Assembly: GCF_021869535.1 (NCBI RefSeq)
Contig: NW_026262690.1
Coordinates: forward strand, 77,314,001-77,378,000
Direction: 5' to 3'
From: Mytilus californianus
Taxonomy: Eukaryota
Length of the DNA stretch: 64,000 nucleotides
Positions 13,257 through 26,545 of this stretch are shown here, piece by piece (the stretch's first letter is position 1; every line of letters starts with the position of its first letter). The position numbers were made by a program, and so were the translations under genes. The notes under the pieces are model-generated. The model saw only the letters and a program-made list of their open reading frames with translations, did no database searches and had not been told where the DNA came from.

Positions 13257-14245
13257 CTGCTTCGCTGAGTGCAGCTGGATACGCCCGCAGAGGTCCAACC
13301 CTGAACAGTTGGGCAAAAATGGACACAATATTCAAGCTTGATACAGGTCTGAATTTGGATTGTTATTAAATATTTGACATATTATAGGTTTCTGAATAAA
13401 TGTAGTCAAAGAACTTGAAATTGGTTATATGAATTGAATTTATATTCAATTAAAGATTTCTTGCTGTTGTGCAATACACTGCTGTTGCGCATTACTTAGT
13501 AAATCTGTTGTCAGACTACAAACAAATAAAATCTTATAACTCGGAAACTTAAAATCGAAAATTTATAAATATCAAAAGGGAGCTTACAAAGATAGATATA
13601 AACAATTTACCAAAGTTTCATAAAAATTGCTGAAAGCATTTTTGAGTTATTGTCCGAAAACTGGAAAATCCACCCATTTTGTAATGAATAAACCCCCATA
13701 AATCGGAAACGTATAGTCTAAAACTTATAAAAATCAAAAGGGAGCTCATGTCGACAGAAATAAACAATTCACCAAAGTTTCTTGCAAATTGGTGAAATTG
13801 TTTTTGAGTTCTTCTCCGAAAACTGGAAAATCCACCCTTTTTTAATGAATAAAACCCCAAAACTCGGAAACGGTAAATCCGAAATTTATAAAAAAACAAA
13901 AGGGAGCTCAGGTCAATAGATATAATCAATTCACAAAAGTTTCATGCAAATTGGTGAAAATATTTTGGAGTTATTGTCCGAAAACTGGAAAATCCCCCCT
14001 TTTTTAATGAATAAAACCCCAAAACTCAGAAACGGTAAATCTGAAATTTATAAAAAACGAAAGGGAGCTTACGTCAATAGATATAAACAATTCACCAAAG
14101 TTTCATGCATATTGGTAAAAGCGTTTTTTGAATTAATGTCGGACATGTTGACGACGGACGGACAGACAGACGGACGGACAGACGGATGGAGAGACAGACT
14201 GTCAACAGTCTACCATAATACGTCCCCTAAACGGGCGTATATAAA
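13257..14245 (-). mobile_element. Helentron-associated non-autonomous element (HINE/DINE-like)
   Basis: On the minus strand: 5' subTIR TATACGCCCGT followed by a (GTCC/GTCT)n microsatellite, a central ~180-bp tandem array, and 3' subTIR GCGGGCGTAT with a short terminal stem. Confidence 0.7.
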
Positions 14246-14346
14246 CTAATAAATAGAACTTTTAATATTAAAAATTAAATTTTTTATATTAAAAAATCGC
14301 TATTTTTTAATCTTAAAAAAAATAATCTTTAATATTAAAAATTTGT

Positions 14347-16308
14347 AAGGGGTTCCGTGAAACCCTGTGTCTCGTCTCGCCTACGATTGCTGCTATCAGC
14401 GTAAAAGTGTAATGTTGACTTAAAAAATGAGTCCATTCATCAGTAAAATACAAAATTTAAAAAATATTCAAACAGTCTTTTTCTTTAGATGCTATTTCAT
14501 GGTCTTGACGATTAGCTTCTGTTCAAGTTTTATAACAATCCATGAAGGTTTAAAAATTTATAATGTCAAAAAAGTTTAATCCCAGACTGTCTGTAAATGA
14601 TAACTGTAAATAACTAAGTCCATCTATCAGAAAAATACTGAAAACGAAAAAAATATATCTCTTAATCATAAAAAAGCTTGTGCCAAAGTTTCACAAAATT
14701 CTGAGAAGGTTTGATAAAGTAATTGATGTGTAACAAACTTTAACACCAGACTGTATCTATTTGTTAACTGTAAAAATAAAATTAGTCTATTTATCAGTTA
14801 AAAATGGAAAAATGAAAATCAATATCTTCAAAATTTTGCTGTGAAAACCGTATTTTGGTAAAAACTAAACTTCTGTCAAAATTTCCTAAAATTTCACGAT
14901 GGTTTTACATTTAAGTTATTGATGACTAAAATACTTTAACATCAGACTGTATCTACTTGTTATAATAACTGTAAAAAAATCTAAGTCCATTTATCAGTAA
15001 AATATGGAAAAATGAAGATAAATATTTTCTAAATTTTGCTCTGGATACTGTCTTTTGGTCATAAACAAGCTTCTGTTCAAACATTTGCTGCAAACTTGCC
15101 GCAACCATTTTACCATGCAAATAAAGGTTGCGGCAAGCTTGCAGCAAACATAATAATGCAAATTAGATTTGCCAAAAACTTGCTGCAAATTTGCAGCAAC
15201 TGTTTGCTGCAAACTTGCGTCAAACTATACCAATGTCATGTGTGTAGACACATTCAATTCATCTCTATCAAATAACACGACACATTCAATTCATCTCTAT
15301 CAAATTACACATCAAAATTTAAAAAAAGAACTTCCTGCATGCCTATATACAAACAGTCATTGAAATAATACTTTGCAACTAATGAGATTTGAGGAAATAC
15401 ATACATGCATTTCATTTTTGAAAAAGGGGGCGGGGGTCATTCTCAAAAGATATCATATACCGGTATAAAGAAATAAAAAACAATAAATCTTAGATGTGTA
15501 TTTAGCATAAAGCTAGGTAATAATTGTGTTACAGATTTGAAATTAACTTTATTAAACAGTATACTTTAATCAAGTACAAAATTCAAACTTATACATGTTA
15601 TAATAGCAAGAGTATTTCAAACATATAGTTGTTAACTTAATTATATGTATGATGGTGACATTAATTATTTTATTACATCAAAAGTTCTATGTATAATTTG
15701 TACTAACAATGTTACATATTGAATATCCAATATTATTGAACCAAAATGCCTCCTTGATCTCTTATGTATATGTAACATTTATCAAACACAATCAACATGA
15801 CCTAGCCCACAATTTCAAATTGTTAGCATCCAGGAAGTGCCAACTAGGCATGCCCAGTCAATATTGTGTAATTCTGGCAATGTTCTGGCAAACATATAGA
15901 ATGGTCAAAGTTTTCTGCAATCTAATGCGGCAAATATATAGAATGGTCAAAGATTTCTGCAAACTTGTGGCAAACATTCTTTATCATCTTAACTTTCCTG
16001 CAATTTTACGGCAAACATTGATGTTTCTGCAAACTTGCCGCAATAAGCTGAAATATTTGCCGGAAGTTTGCAGCTAGCGGCAACATCTGCAAACACTATT
16101 TTCTCTATTCCTGCAAACTTTTTGTTTGCCGCAAGCTTGCAGCATTAAGTCTGCTGCAAATTTGCGGCAAACATTTCAGTTCTATAAGGGTTGATGTCTA
16201 AAAAAACTTTAATCACAGACTGAACCTAAATGTTGACGCCGCAGACGACGGAATCTAGGATCGCTATGTCTCGCTTTCGCGAAATAAATTTCGCAGGCTC
16301 GACAAAAA
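14347..16308 (-). mobile_element. HINE-like element with an internal tandem array and a nested insertion
   Basis: Minus-strand 5' end TTTTTGTCGAGCCTGC with an adjacent palindrome. The 3' end has GTAGGCGAGAC plus hairpin GGGTTTCACGGAACCC. Degenerate ~180-bp units at 14500-15070. Confidence 0.55.
15075..16192. mobile_element. Nested DNA-transposon-like element rich in palindromic TTGCNGCAA motifs
   Basis: Clusters of TTGC(G/A)GCAAG/ACTTGC motifs at 15080-15225 and 15860-16170. The right end reads ...TTCTATAAGGG. Confidence 0.5.
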
Positions 16309-18512
16309 TTTGATTTATTAAAAATTAAGTTATAATTTTTGGTATTAATAAATGATTTTTTAATTTCAAAAAATAGGGAATAAATTCTACAATGGCTTGC
16401 CATACTGGTTTAGAACCCGTTACATCAGAAATTTGCGTTTTTCTCAAATAAATTTAATCAGGAACACTTTGGGGAAGGACTTTCAATTTTTCTTAGAGAC
16501 GATGAAAAAAACAGGTTACCGGTACTAGTATGACAATTTTAGCAGGAAATTTTACAGGTAAGAGGACCAGTTACCGTCACTATCCAATTTTGCCATTAAA
16601 TGATAGAATTTACATTTAATCGGGACATTAATGTTATATTTGGCATCAACATTCTGACCATTAATTTGGAAGGTCTCCTTCCTGCTCTTAAAGTTCACTT
16701 TATGTCAATTGAAATCAACCACTTACAGGGTATTGAAAGACACATAGATTTTAATTTTATATTCTTCAGAAAGAAATTAAAATTTTCTAACGCAAGGTTA
16801 GATATTGCTTTGTTTAAAAACAGTTTTCCAAATCTGGTACGTCATGTCCCCACACGTGTATCTTCCCATGGCATTTTCAATTTACAGAAAATTTGGCATT
16901 TCCCTATCTTAATAGACTCAAATAAAACGGATTATTTGCAAATGAGATAAAAATATTTGTCTGAAGATATCAGCAGTCTGTTGTTTTTAGGCGTTTACTT
17001 CCGTTATTGAATAAAATGACAGATGACGGTAACTGGTACCTGACAGTAACTGGTCCTGGACCAGTATTGATGACCTTTCCTGAAATTCTTTGTTCAACAA
17101 AAAGAATAAATATACAGCATACGACACATGACATAATTTCATGCTAAAAACAACTCAGACAAAGGTTTAGCTGAAACTTCTTCCAGATACTGCCACAATT
17201 CAACATATTGAACAGTTGAATATTTTAAATAATAATTCTGACAATAGACTGGGCCTAGTCCAAATAATTAAGACGTTGTAGGAAGGCGTCACAGAAAAAA
17301 AAATAAAATAGCCTTTCAAGACGTCATTATTATTTGGACTAGACTGGGCCATGAAATGGCATGATCTCAGGCTAAGTAAAACGTATGCATCCATCCACTG
17401 GCTCCTACTTAAAATATTATACATTATATTTATATCTTTACCTTACACTGCTGTATTGCACTTACACACTGTCACTGAAGAATGAGTAAGGATCAGCTGA
17501 TTGATGTGACGGTCGGATGTCTTCTGTTCCTTTCCGCAAAGTCATTGACAAGGAACCCGTAATTATTATTCTGAAAATAAGCCACTCCGTATTTGACTCC
17601 GAGTCTTAGAATATAAACTTTTGACAGGTTGCATCTCACAATTGATGTTAGCAATTTTATTGCGATTTTAACTTCATTGCCACATATCTATGGTAATATC
17701 CAAGTCAAAATAATCAATATTACGAAAATATATCAATTTTAACAAGTCTACATGAACCGTCTTGCTGCCAAAGGCATATAAACAAAGTACTTATTTATTG
17801 AATATTGTGCTGTTGTGTAGACGACTCTCAAATTCATGCATTTTCCCGTACATTTCCTATGTCTCAGTGCTTATGTTAATCCCTCACAGTAAGAACCAAT
17901 TATATAACAGAAGTGTGGAAATGGTATGCATGTCTCGCCCGACTCACCAGAATATGAAAAAAAATATGCAAACTCTGGTCTCATCAACATAACATTATCT
18001 TTGTCCATTTACCCGTGATTGCTAATTTAATATTATCTGCCATCTTATGGAAGTGTCATTTTTTTTTTTTTATGAGTTCTAAAGATGTCAGATAAACGCC
18101 TAAATCAGGTAATCAAGACAAAAAGAATTAATATAATAATGACGAGTCCAGATAAATCGAAAAAACAGAGATGGAGAAAGACGGGGAATATGAAAAAAAG
18201 CCGAAACAAGATTTACAGAAGTCATGCCTCAAACAGATTTCCCCAGTCTCTCCAGTGAAGAAACTTCCAAAAATGAATTTAATTTTTGCACAATTTGCAA
18301 CACCCACTTCTTGCTGATCAAAAATCTAACTTTAAATATCTTCTATATTTTGTGTATTTTTCAGGTTTTACAAAATGAATGTACATATACAGAAAAAGTG
18401 AAGGAAAATCATTGAAAACTACAAGAAAATTAACTGAAAGCAGAAGATTTACATGTAGATATTGACATACATGTACCATTAAGATGAACAAAATACATAA
18501 ATAACCTACTAC

Positions 18513-21500
18513 ATGGCTGCATTAGTTATGATGAATCGGAAGAAAAAATCGATACTGTACATACTCTGTAGCGGGGCTCTGATTTACTATGTAATACAAG
18601 TGGTATATTTCAACCAGGAGTATAGTCCATTACAAGTACTAGCAGATGCCAGAAGCGAGGCTCGAAGATTACTTAGGTTTATAACATTGTATCATTACCA
18701 GTGCAACAATACAGTAATGATGTCTAACAATACTAACTGGCCTGTTTGTACTGAAGTGGATGGTGGAATAAATGTGGAGTCGAAAAATTCTAAAAAGGCT
18801 TACTCTGTTGGGTATGTTCGTTTAATATATCTACATACATTGCTTATAAGACTTCTTATACATGTTATATATATTTGAAATGACATTTTATATAATTACA
18901 TAGAAGTACCTAGGGGTGGAAAACATTTACATTTTGTAGGTGATTCACCTATATACCTTGTCATGTTGATGTATGAATTGAAATTTGTGTGCAGGACAGG
19001 CAACCATCACTTGTGAAATAAGGAAAATTGTACAGAATGGGATACATATATATCACTGAAAGGAGGTGTGCGGTATAAGTCAATGAGAGTATCCCAACAT
19101 CTCCACACAATAAAAGCCGAAAACATCAAAAGGTCATATATACAAACTTCATGAACAGACAAGTATGTAAACAATACAAGTATATGAAAAAAATACCCTT
19201 TTAAATTATCAACAGAACGTGTATATTTTGTAAGATTTATAAATAAATATAAACCTAGAATTTGAACTTTATTTAAGGCTTTGAACACTATTTCTTAATT
19301 ATCCGTTAATTTATTGTTTTGCTTGTACAAAAAGAAATGACATCATTTTATATTTATTTTTCTTTTGCAGGCCTTCTGAAGACTTAGAATTTGAAAGACT
19401 CCTCGTCAGAAATTTATCATTTAATGTATTTCTCATATGTCACAGACCAATATACTACGATGGAAGTTTGAATAATACATATGTTATTAAAACAGTTGTG
19501 GTGCCAAACGACCCATCAGACTTTACTAGAAATTCATATGAAACACAGACGTTGAACGATATCATGTTAAATTTACATCATACTCACATAGATGTACTTA
19601 AAATAGAAAATGTTATGGATGAGATCAATACACATGAGATTTTATTTTATCTTGTTAAGGATGATCTCTTGAAAAAGGTTGATCAGCTTCATATTTCATT
19701 ACATATTGGTAAGTTCACCACATGAGATTTTATTTTATCTAGTAAAGAATGATCTCTTGAAAAAGGTTGATCAGCTCGATATTTCATTACATATTGGTAA
19801 GTTCACCACATGAGATTTTATTTTATCTAGTAAAGGATGATCTCTTGAAAAAGGTTGATCAGCTCCATATTTCATTACATATTGGTAAGTTCACCACATG
19901 AGATTTTATTTTATCTAGTAAAGGATGATCTCTTGAAAAAGGTTGATCAGCTCCATATTTCATTACATATTGGTAAGTTCACCACATGAGATTTATATTA
20001 TCTTTAAATGACTGTATCTTCAGATGAGTCTATCGCATGATATTATGTAGTTAACATATCAATCAGTTGTAAGTAATAAGATTTTATAGGAGATATTCAA
20101 AAATTATAAATGAGACTTTATAGTGGTTGGATAAAAATTTGACCAATGATATTGCATATTGGAAAGCTTTCATGAGATTTTATGTTAGTGGTGCCTTGAA
20201 CACATGTTGTAAATGACTAGCTACATTATAACAAAGATGATGGCAGTCTTACTCTCTAAAGTTAACTACATTCATACGGTATTGCATAGTATCCAGCTGC
20301 ATTTAGATGTCAAGAATGACGGGAAAGTTGACACGAACACAAATTGCAATAATTTGAAATGAGACTTAAGCTTGCTTCAGGTATTTGTTAGAATAACTTG
20401 AAACACTCAAACTGTCTTCCAAAGAAAGAGAATGAAGCAATCAACCATTTTTAACCAGTAATATGGACAACAAATCAATCAAAGAGACGATCAGTTTTCA
20501 AAGCTTATCTTTGATTATTGTTTTTACAGTATATTTCAACTTTCCTAAAAATTGAAAACTGTTGAAAATCAGATGTCAAATATGTAAAAATCATATAACA
20601 TTAAAGGCATTAAACCATAAAAGCTACATAAATCAAGTTGTTTCACTTGTGTCTGTAACAATATCCAATTACATGTAAATCTAGCCTTGAAAAATAGATG
20701 CATATACATTATACAGGGGCTGGATGTTAAGTCATTTCTTAATTATTTAACTTTTTAGACCATTTTTCTCTTTTCTTTATTTATGTTTACCCTTTTTCTC
20801 TATTCTTTATATTTCAGCACCCCATTATCATCTATTCTTTATATTTTTTGCCCTTTATTCTGCACTTTTTGCTTAATATTCTCTATTTTGTAAACCCCAC
20901 CCTGACCCTCATGTACATGTTATAAATCATCAGAAAAAATCATTACAACACTACATGTTTCTACTTGGATATTATTACAGACACTTTTAAATTTGATGCA
21001 ATTAGTCAAAGTTAAGTAATTAGGTCTTTCCACCTTTCAGTGGAAAGACCTATTGGTTTTCTTCTGATTATTTTTTTTTTCTTCCGCCTAATTTTTTTCT
21101 TGCGGTGTATTTTTGTTTCAAAAGATGTCGCTTAGTTTTTTGGTATATGATATCATACAGTCTATACGCTTTTGAAACTGACCCTGTTTAACCGAATACT
21201 TTTCTTTGTAAGAGTTATCTCCCCAAACACTGTTTTTCTTGTTATGAGATCTCCTCCGCAACCGTAAAAGAAAGCGACAAATTTATTTTTCCAAATTGCT
21301 CGTTATATCCTCAGGATGTTAGGTTTTATTTAGACCGAAGCTTTACGAAGACTCCATATGAGAGTTATTTCCCCTTTTGTATTTGATATATGTGAAATGT
21401 ATTTGTAACTGGAAAACCATAAGTGATAGAGGCCTAGGGTCTTTTGATTTGAGGTCCTTGGTCCATAAAAATGAAAATGAGGTCAAGGTCAAAGGTCAAG

Positions 21501-24500
21501 GTCATGTTCAAAATTTTGATTTTGGCTTGTTATCTCTTATTTTTAGAAATCATATAAGATATCGACAAAATATTTTCATACAATTGTTAGTTGCGACATG
21601 TCGTAACACGTAAATTTTAGTTGAAAGGGTACGTAGACATTTGATGCGAGTTTTCCCCCCTTTTATATCTAATATTAGTCGTATGGAAATATATATCATT
21701 AACAATATAAAGTAGAGGCCTAGAGTCTTTTGATTTGAGGTCCTTGGTTTATGACCTTGAAATTGAGCTCAAGGTCATAGGTAATATTTAACGTTCTAGA
21801 TTTTGACCTTTGCTTTTACCTCATATGTATACATGATAAAGACAAGGGACTTTTTGCATTAGGTTGCAAGCAATGTGACATTGAAAAAGTCAACCGGAAG
21901 TGACCTTTTGTAAACCGGAAGTAGCTATTTTTTGTACTAAATTATTGTAAAAGTATATAGAACCATATATTTTTGGAATCAGTGTCAAGTAAACTATCAA
22001 ACAATACCGGAAGTAACATATTTTAAACCGGAAGTAAAAAATTATCTCCCTTATTTATATCTTTTTGTATAGAAACCATATATTTTTGGAATCAGCGTAC
22101 AATAAGCTGTCATTTGACGCAGAAATTGACATTTAAAACAAAATTTTAATATTTTCATATCAAATACTCACTCACTAATCCTTACTGGTGGAAAGACCTT
22201 CAATTGTTCTGCGAACAATTGGTTTTTAATTTGTACTTTTATTTGTTATTTTGTTTATATTTTTGGTTTTATCGTCTTTGAAAAACAATCTTTAGTTGTA
22301 AAGGACAGAATACAAATAACAACTTCTATTTTTCATTTTGTTTTTCTTTTTACTTTTAAATCTATTAAAATGTTATATGATCAATTACAAATCCAATATA
22401 CTTCTATGATCATTTCGGATAAGATTACACTTTTTATTGTCCAATGACCCATAATTATTGTTCACATGCTGAAAATATTCTTTTTCAGATAAAGTAGATG
22501 ATGATCATTTATACAGTTGGTATAGAAGTCTGTATAACCTTTTCCACAAGTCAAGATTCAGATTATACCATACATCAGCATCAGATCAACTGTGTTTACA
22601 GATCACACTCATGGAGTCATGTACATACTACATGTCCTGGGTCAGAGATCCTGGACCACAAACCATGATATTGTACCCTCCAGCTATTGATGGTAGGTAT
22701 ACACCCTAAGCTCATTCTATCCTGTATTTATGGTAAATAAAGGGCCTTTTTTACCCACCTGCTATTGATTATAAGTTTATGTAAAGTCAGCTTTTGATAA
22801 TAGGCAGTGTACTTGTAGCTTGAAACAAGATATTGTACCCACTTATATTTGATAGTAGTTTCGACCCTTGGGGTTCAAACTTTGATATTGTACCCACCTA
22901 GTATTTATGGTAGATTTAGACCCCAGCTCTTAAACCAAGATATTACACACACCTGCTAACCAAGATACTTACATGTAACCCTTGGTATATTGCATGAGAG
23001 CTCAAATAAAGATAGTGTACTAGAGTGCTATTGTCAGGTTCAGATTGTTGAATTTGTACTATCTTTAAAATGTGAGGTAACTACTTTTATTCTACAAAAA
23101 TGTAGGTCAGGGCCCATGAAGTAATTATCTAAGAAATCCTGTGTTTTAACTGAAATAAAAGAAAGGGAATACTGTATGTACATATATAAGCAGTTTTCTT
23201 GAATGTTTCTAATTTTATGAATTAGGAAAACAATGAAAAAAAAACCCTGCAGGTTGAAAGAATTATTGAATTTATTAAAGTTGTATTACAACAAAAATAC
23301 ACAAAAAATACACATGAAGAAAAGTTTATTCACATACTGTACGCTGTTGCTGATTTCATGCACAGGTTCTTAAAATTAACACCAAAGAATAATAATTCAT
23401 TCTGATTTGAATATAAAATATCATATCTTGAATGTAAGCTTTGAAAATGTTTATTATGTTTTATGAATGTTGTTTTAAAATATGCATTATATATTAGACA
23501 ATTTGTGAACATTGTTATGTATTGTGTAGTACAAAAATGTATAAAACTTTGTTATGTATAGTGAATTATACAATTTGTAATGTTTTTTTTATTTTACAAT
23601 TTATTATGTCTTATTTGTAATAAAAAACCCAAATATGTTTCAGGTTCAATAGAATTTGAGCTTGCAAGAATAGATGATTATTTAGAGAAACCAGAAGGCT
23701 ATTGTGATGATAGTGTGGATATACCAGTACTGGGGGGTACTCCTATATCATTATGTACCAACACTGACAGATACATGTTAAGAAATCCTTGTAAAATTAT
23801 TTTAATAGGGTAAGTGGATATGTCGGGAGGGGATAGATCTAGATATTTTTGTTAGGGGTTTTCATGTGGATACTTTTAAAGGTGGAGCTCTTGCCTCATT
23901 TTCAATTTTTGTCCGACCTGAAAGAAAATGTACCAATAAACTGGCAATTTGTAATCTAGATTTACCTTTATTTTTTATCTCATTCAAAGGTATTTAAATG
24001 AAAACTCTTGTAGAACAGAATTTGCCTATTTCTATCTCACAGGATATAATCTAATAATTTTTGTTAAATATTTGCAGGGAGGAGAAAATGCAATTAACTA
24101 CAGATTCATATTTACCCTTTGAACTACGATGTGATGTTATTGGATTGAAGATGTTAGATGGTCATATTGATGCAGATGTTAATGAATATACCACCAATAA
24201 TAGAGGGTAATATTAACCAATAATAGAGGGTAATATACAACCAATAATAGTGGGTAATATTAAGATATAATACTTCATGGTAGACATAAGTTAAGTTTGT
24301 TGGAGATTCCCTACAACTTCGAAAAATTAAAGAATTATTGGGAATGATTTAGATGGAATGCGAAAGTTATGCACCTTTGAAATTGGCCAAAAAAGAAAAT
24401 AAAAATAGTTGCATTTGTAATAAAATACATGCCAGAAATAGTTTGCCTCACTGATCAACTGAGGGTTCATTATTTTAAACAAAATTTCAGGATCTAAAGC

Positions 24501-26072
24501 TGTTTCTAAAAAGATTGAAAATAAATAATCTTTGTGGGGAGATTAAATAGGGTGTTCTCTAATCTTGTGATCTAATCTCTGATTGGTCTTGAATGTAACT
24601 TGCCCCTTTTCTGTCTCGCATGTGGTCTTAGTTATTCCATGTCACATATATAGTTTTATATTGAAATAAGTATGATTGTACAAAAATATTGATTTGTTCA
24701 AAACAAATTTTTATCTCTATCATGTTCAAACTCTCCTCCTTAATTTAAATGTTACAAAAAAGCAGTGAGCAGAAAATTGCTAAAACCAAGCAGTGAGTAA
24801 AAAATTACTTAAAACCAAACAGTAAGTAGAAAATTACTTAACCAATCAGTGGGTAGAAAATAACTTAAACTAAGCAGTGAGTAGAAAATTACTTAAACCA
24901 ACCAGTGGGTAGAACATAACTTAAACTAAGCAGTGAGTAGAAAATTACTTAAACCAACCAGTGGGAAGAACATAACTTAAACTAAGCAGTGAGTAGAAAA
25001 TTACTTTAACCAAATAGTGAGTAGAAAATTACTTTAACCAAGCAGTGAGTAGAAAATTACTTTAACCTTTCAAATCTGTCATTTCATTGCAGAACTATAC
25101 TACAGTCTACTACTGGAAGGTCAACAGTGTTAGAAGCACTGGACAAATACACATTGTACGACAACAAGAACATTTTGTATCTGAACATGCCAAACATGTT
25201 TTGGGATTTCATTACACCATTACTAAATTCTGGAGTCCTAAAGGTAATTTATACATTGGGGAATAAAGGAATAGGGTTTAAACATAAGGAAAGTTCAGTT
25301 AGTCATACTAAATCAATTGAAATTTGGAAATGTGGTGAAGATTCACTTGTTCCTATTAGAGTTATGTAATTGTCAGCCTTTAATAAAACTATAGAAATTT
25401 GACAAATATCATTCTGAACCATTGGACGGAGGTAAAATGATTTTGACATACATGTTTGTCACATTTGTAGTTCCTGAGGTAAGGCCTTTACTATGAAATA
25501 ATAATATAAGGAGGATAGAGAAAAGAAAATTTCATCCATTAATTTTTGGTCAAATATATTTAAAGTTCATAGATATTGAAGTACTTTAACAAGTTTAAGG
25601 CAAAATGCAATAAAATAAATGTGAAATCATGTAACTTTTGGTGAAGTGAGGAATGTAGACAACATTCTGCATACAGAAAAAATCAAAAGCTCTTGTTGTC
25701 CTCTTATGATTTTGACACAAATTTACTGAAGTAATGCATATGTGATTGTGAAACAAAATAATGGAGGTTGATTTGTTCTGTTTAAGAAGTTAAGTCTCAA
25801 AAAGATTTATTCAGTTTAGTGTTTTAGAAATGCTTCCTTTTTTTCAGGGATTTCATCAATTAATCATAGACATCAATCTCCACAGAATATCAAAGAATCT
25901 GCCGGTTGGAACAATCAGAACTTACTACAGTGAACTTAAACGTATTGAATCTTATGGCTTTGATCTCTACCAATCTATTAAGCTTGGAAATGATGTTAAA
26001 TTCAGACAAAACAAAGAATATCACAGACTTAATTTTGTTAAAACAAGACCGCCATATGGAAAGTCAATATAA
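18513..26072 (+). CDS. Type II membrane protein with two tandem divergent METTL24/Methyltransf_22-like domains (about 503 aa)
   Basis: Exons 18513-18811, 19371-19708, 22489-22692, 23644-23809, 24078-24206, 25093-25243 and 25848-26072 join in frame (1512 nt). N-terminal basic stretch plus hydrophobic anchor (RKKKSILYILCSGALIYYVIQVVYF). Domain 1 has YQC..NWPVC, AYSVG..DLEFE, HIDVLKIE and VDQLHISLH. Domain 2 has YC..PISLC, CKIILIG and FHQLIIDINLH. The family call is from motif recall. Confidence 0.75.
19631..19995 (+). repeat. 88-bp tandem array copying the end of exon 2 and its splice donor
   Basis: Unit starts at 19631, 19719, 19807, 19895 and 19983 (partial). Each full unit contains ATATTG|GTAAGT. 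Confidence 0.92.
21021..22222 (+). mobile_element. Complete Helentron-associated element (HINE)
   Basis: 5' palindrome AGGTCTTTCCAC...GTGGAAAGACCT, 3' subTIR GGTGGAAAGACCT (22187-22199), then perfect stem-loop CAATTGTTC-TGC-GAACAATTG, in T-rich flanks. Confidence 0.8.
24775..25068. repeat. ~28-bp minisatellite, about 10 copies, just upstream of exon 6
   Basis: (A/C)AGCAGTGAGTAGAAAATTACTTAAACC repeated. Confidence 0.9.
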
Positions 26073-26457
26073 TTGTATAGATAGTCTCGTAGATCTTTAT
26101 TTATTTTTAATATTTGAAATCATGATAATGCCAATGTGTATTTTTATTTCATTGTATCATGTCATATTTCATGAATCTATTTATATAGAATAAGAAAAAG
26201 AATATTAAAAGTTTACTAATATTGAGAAGATTGCCTATTTCTTTACAATAATACAGCTGTTCCCTACCACTTGGCTTAGGTGATCTGTTTACTTCCAATT
26301 TTTGTTTCATTGGAATTTAGTTGGCAGAAATGATGACATGAAGTACACCTGGAAGAATACATATATCACTATATGTTTGCATTACTGAACATTACAAATG
26401 TTTGTGTAAAATTTTGAAATCACAAGAGAAAATGTATGATGCCTCAAAGTAAAGTGA

Positions 26458-26513
26458 TTTTTATACGACCGCAAAAATTGAAAATTTTTTGGTCGTATAT
26501 TGGTATGACGTTG

Positions 26514-26545
<32 letters not shown>

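Noticed and set aside
16600-16950. 116-aa plus-strand ORF between inverted repeats (about 16565 and 17025-17057)
   Set aside because: No transposase or other motif recognised. Probably chance in AT-rich repeat DNA.
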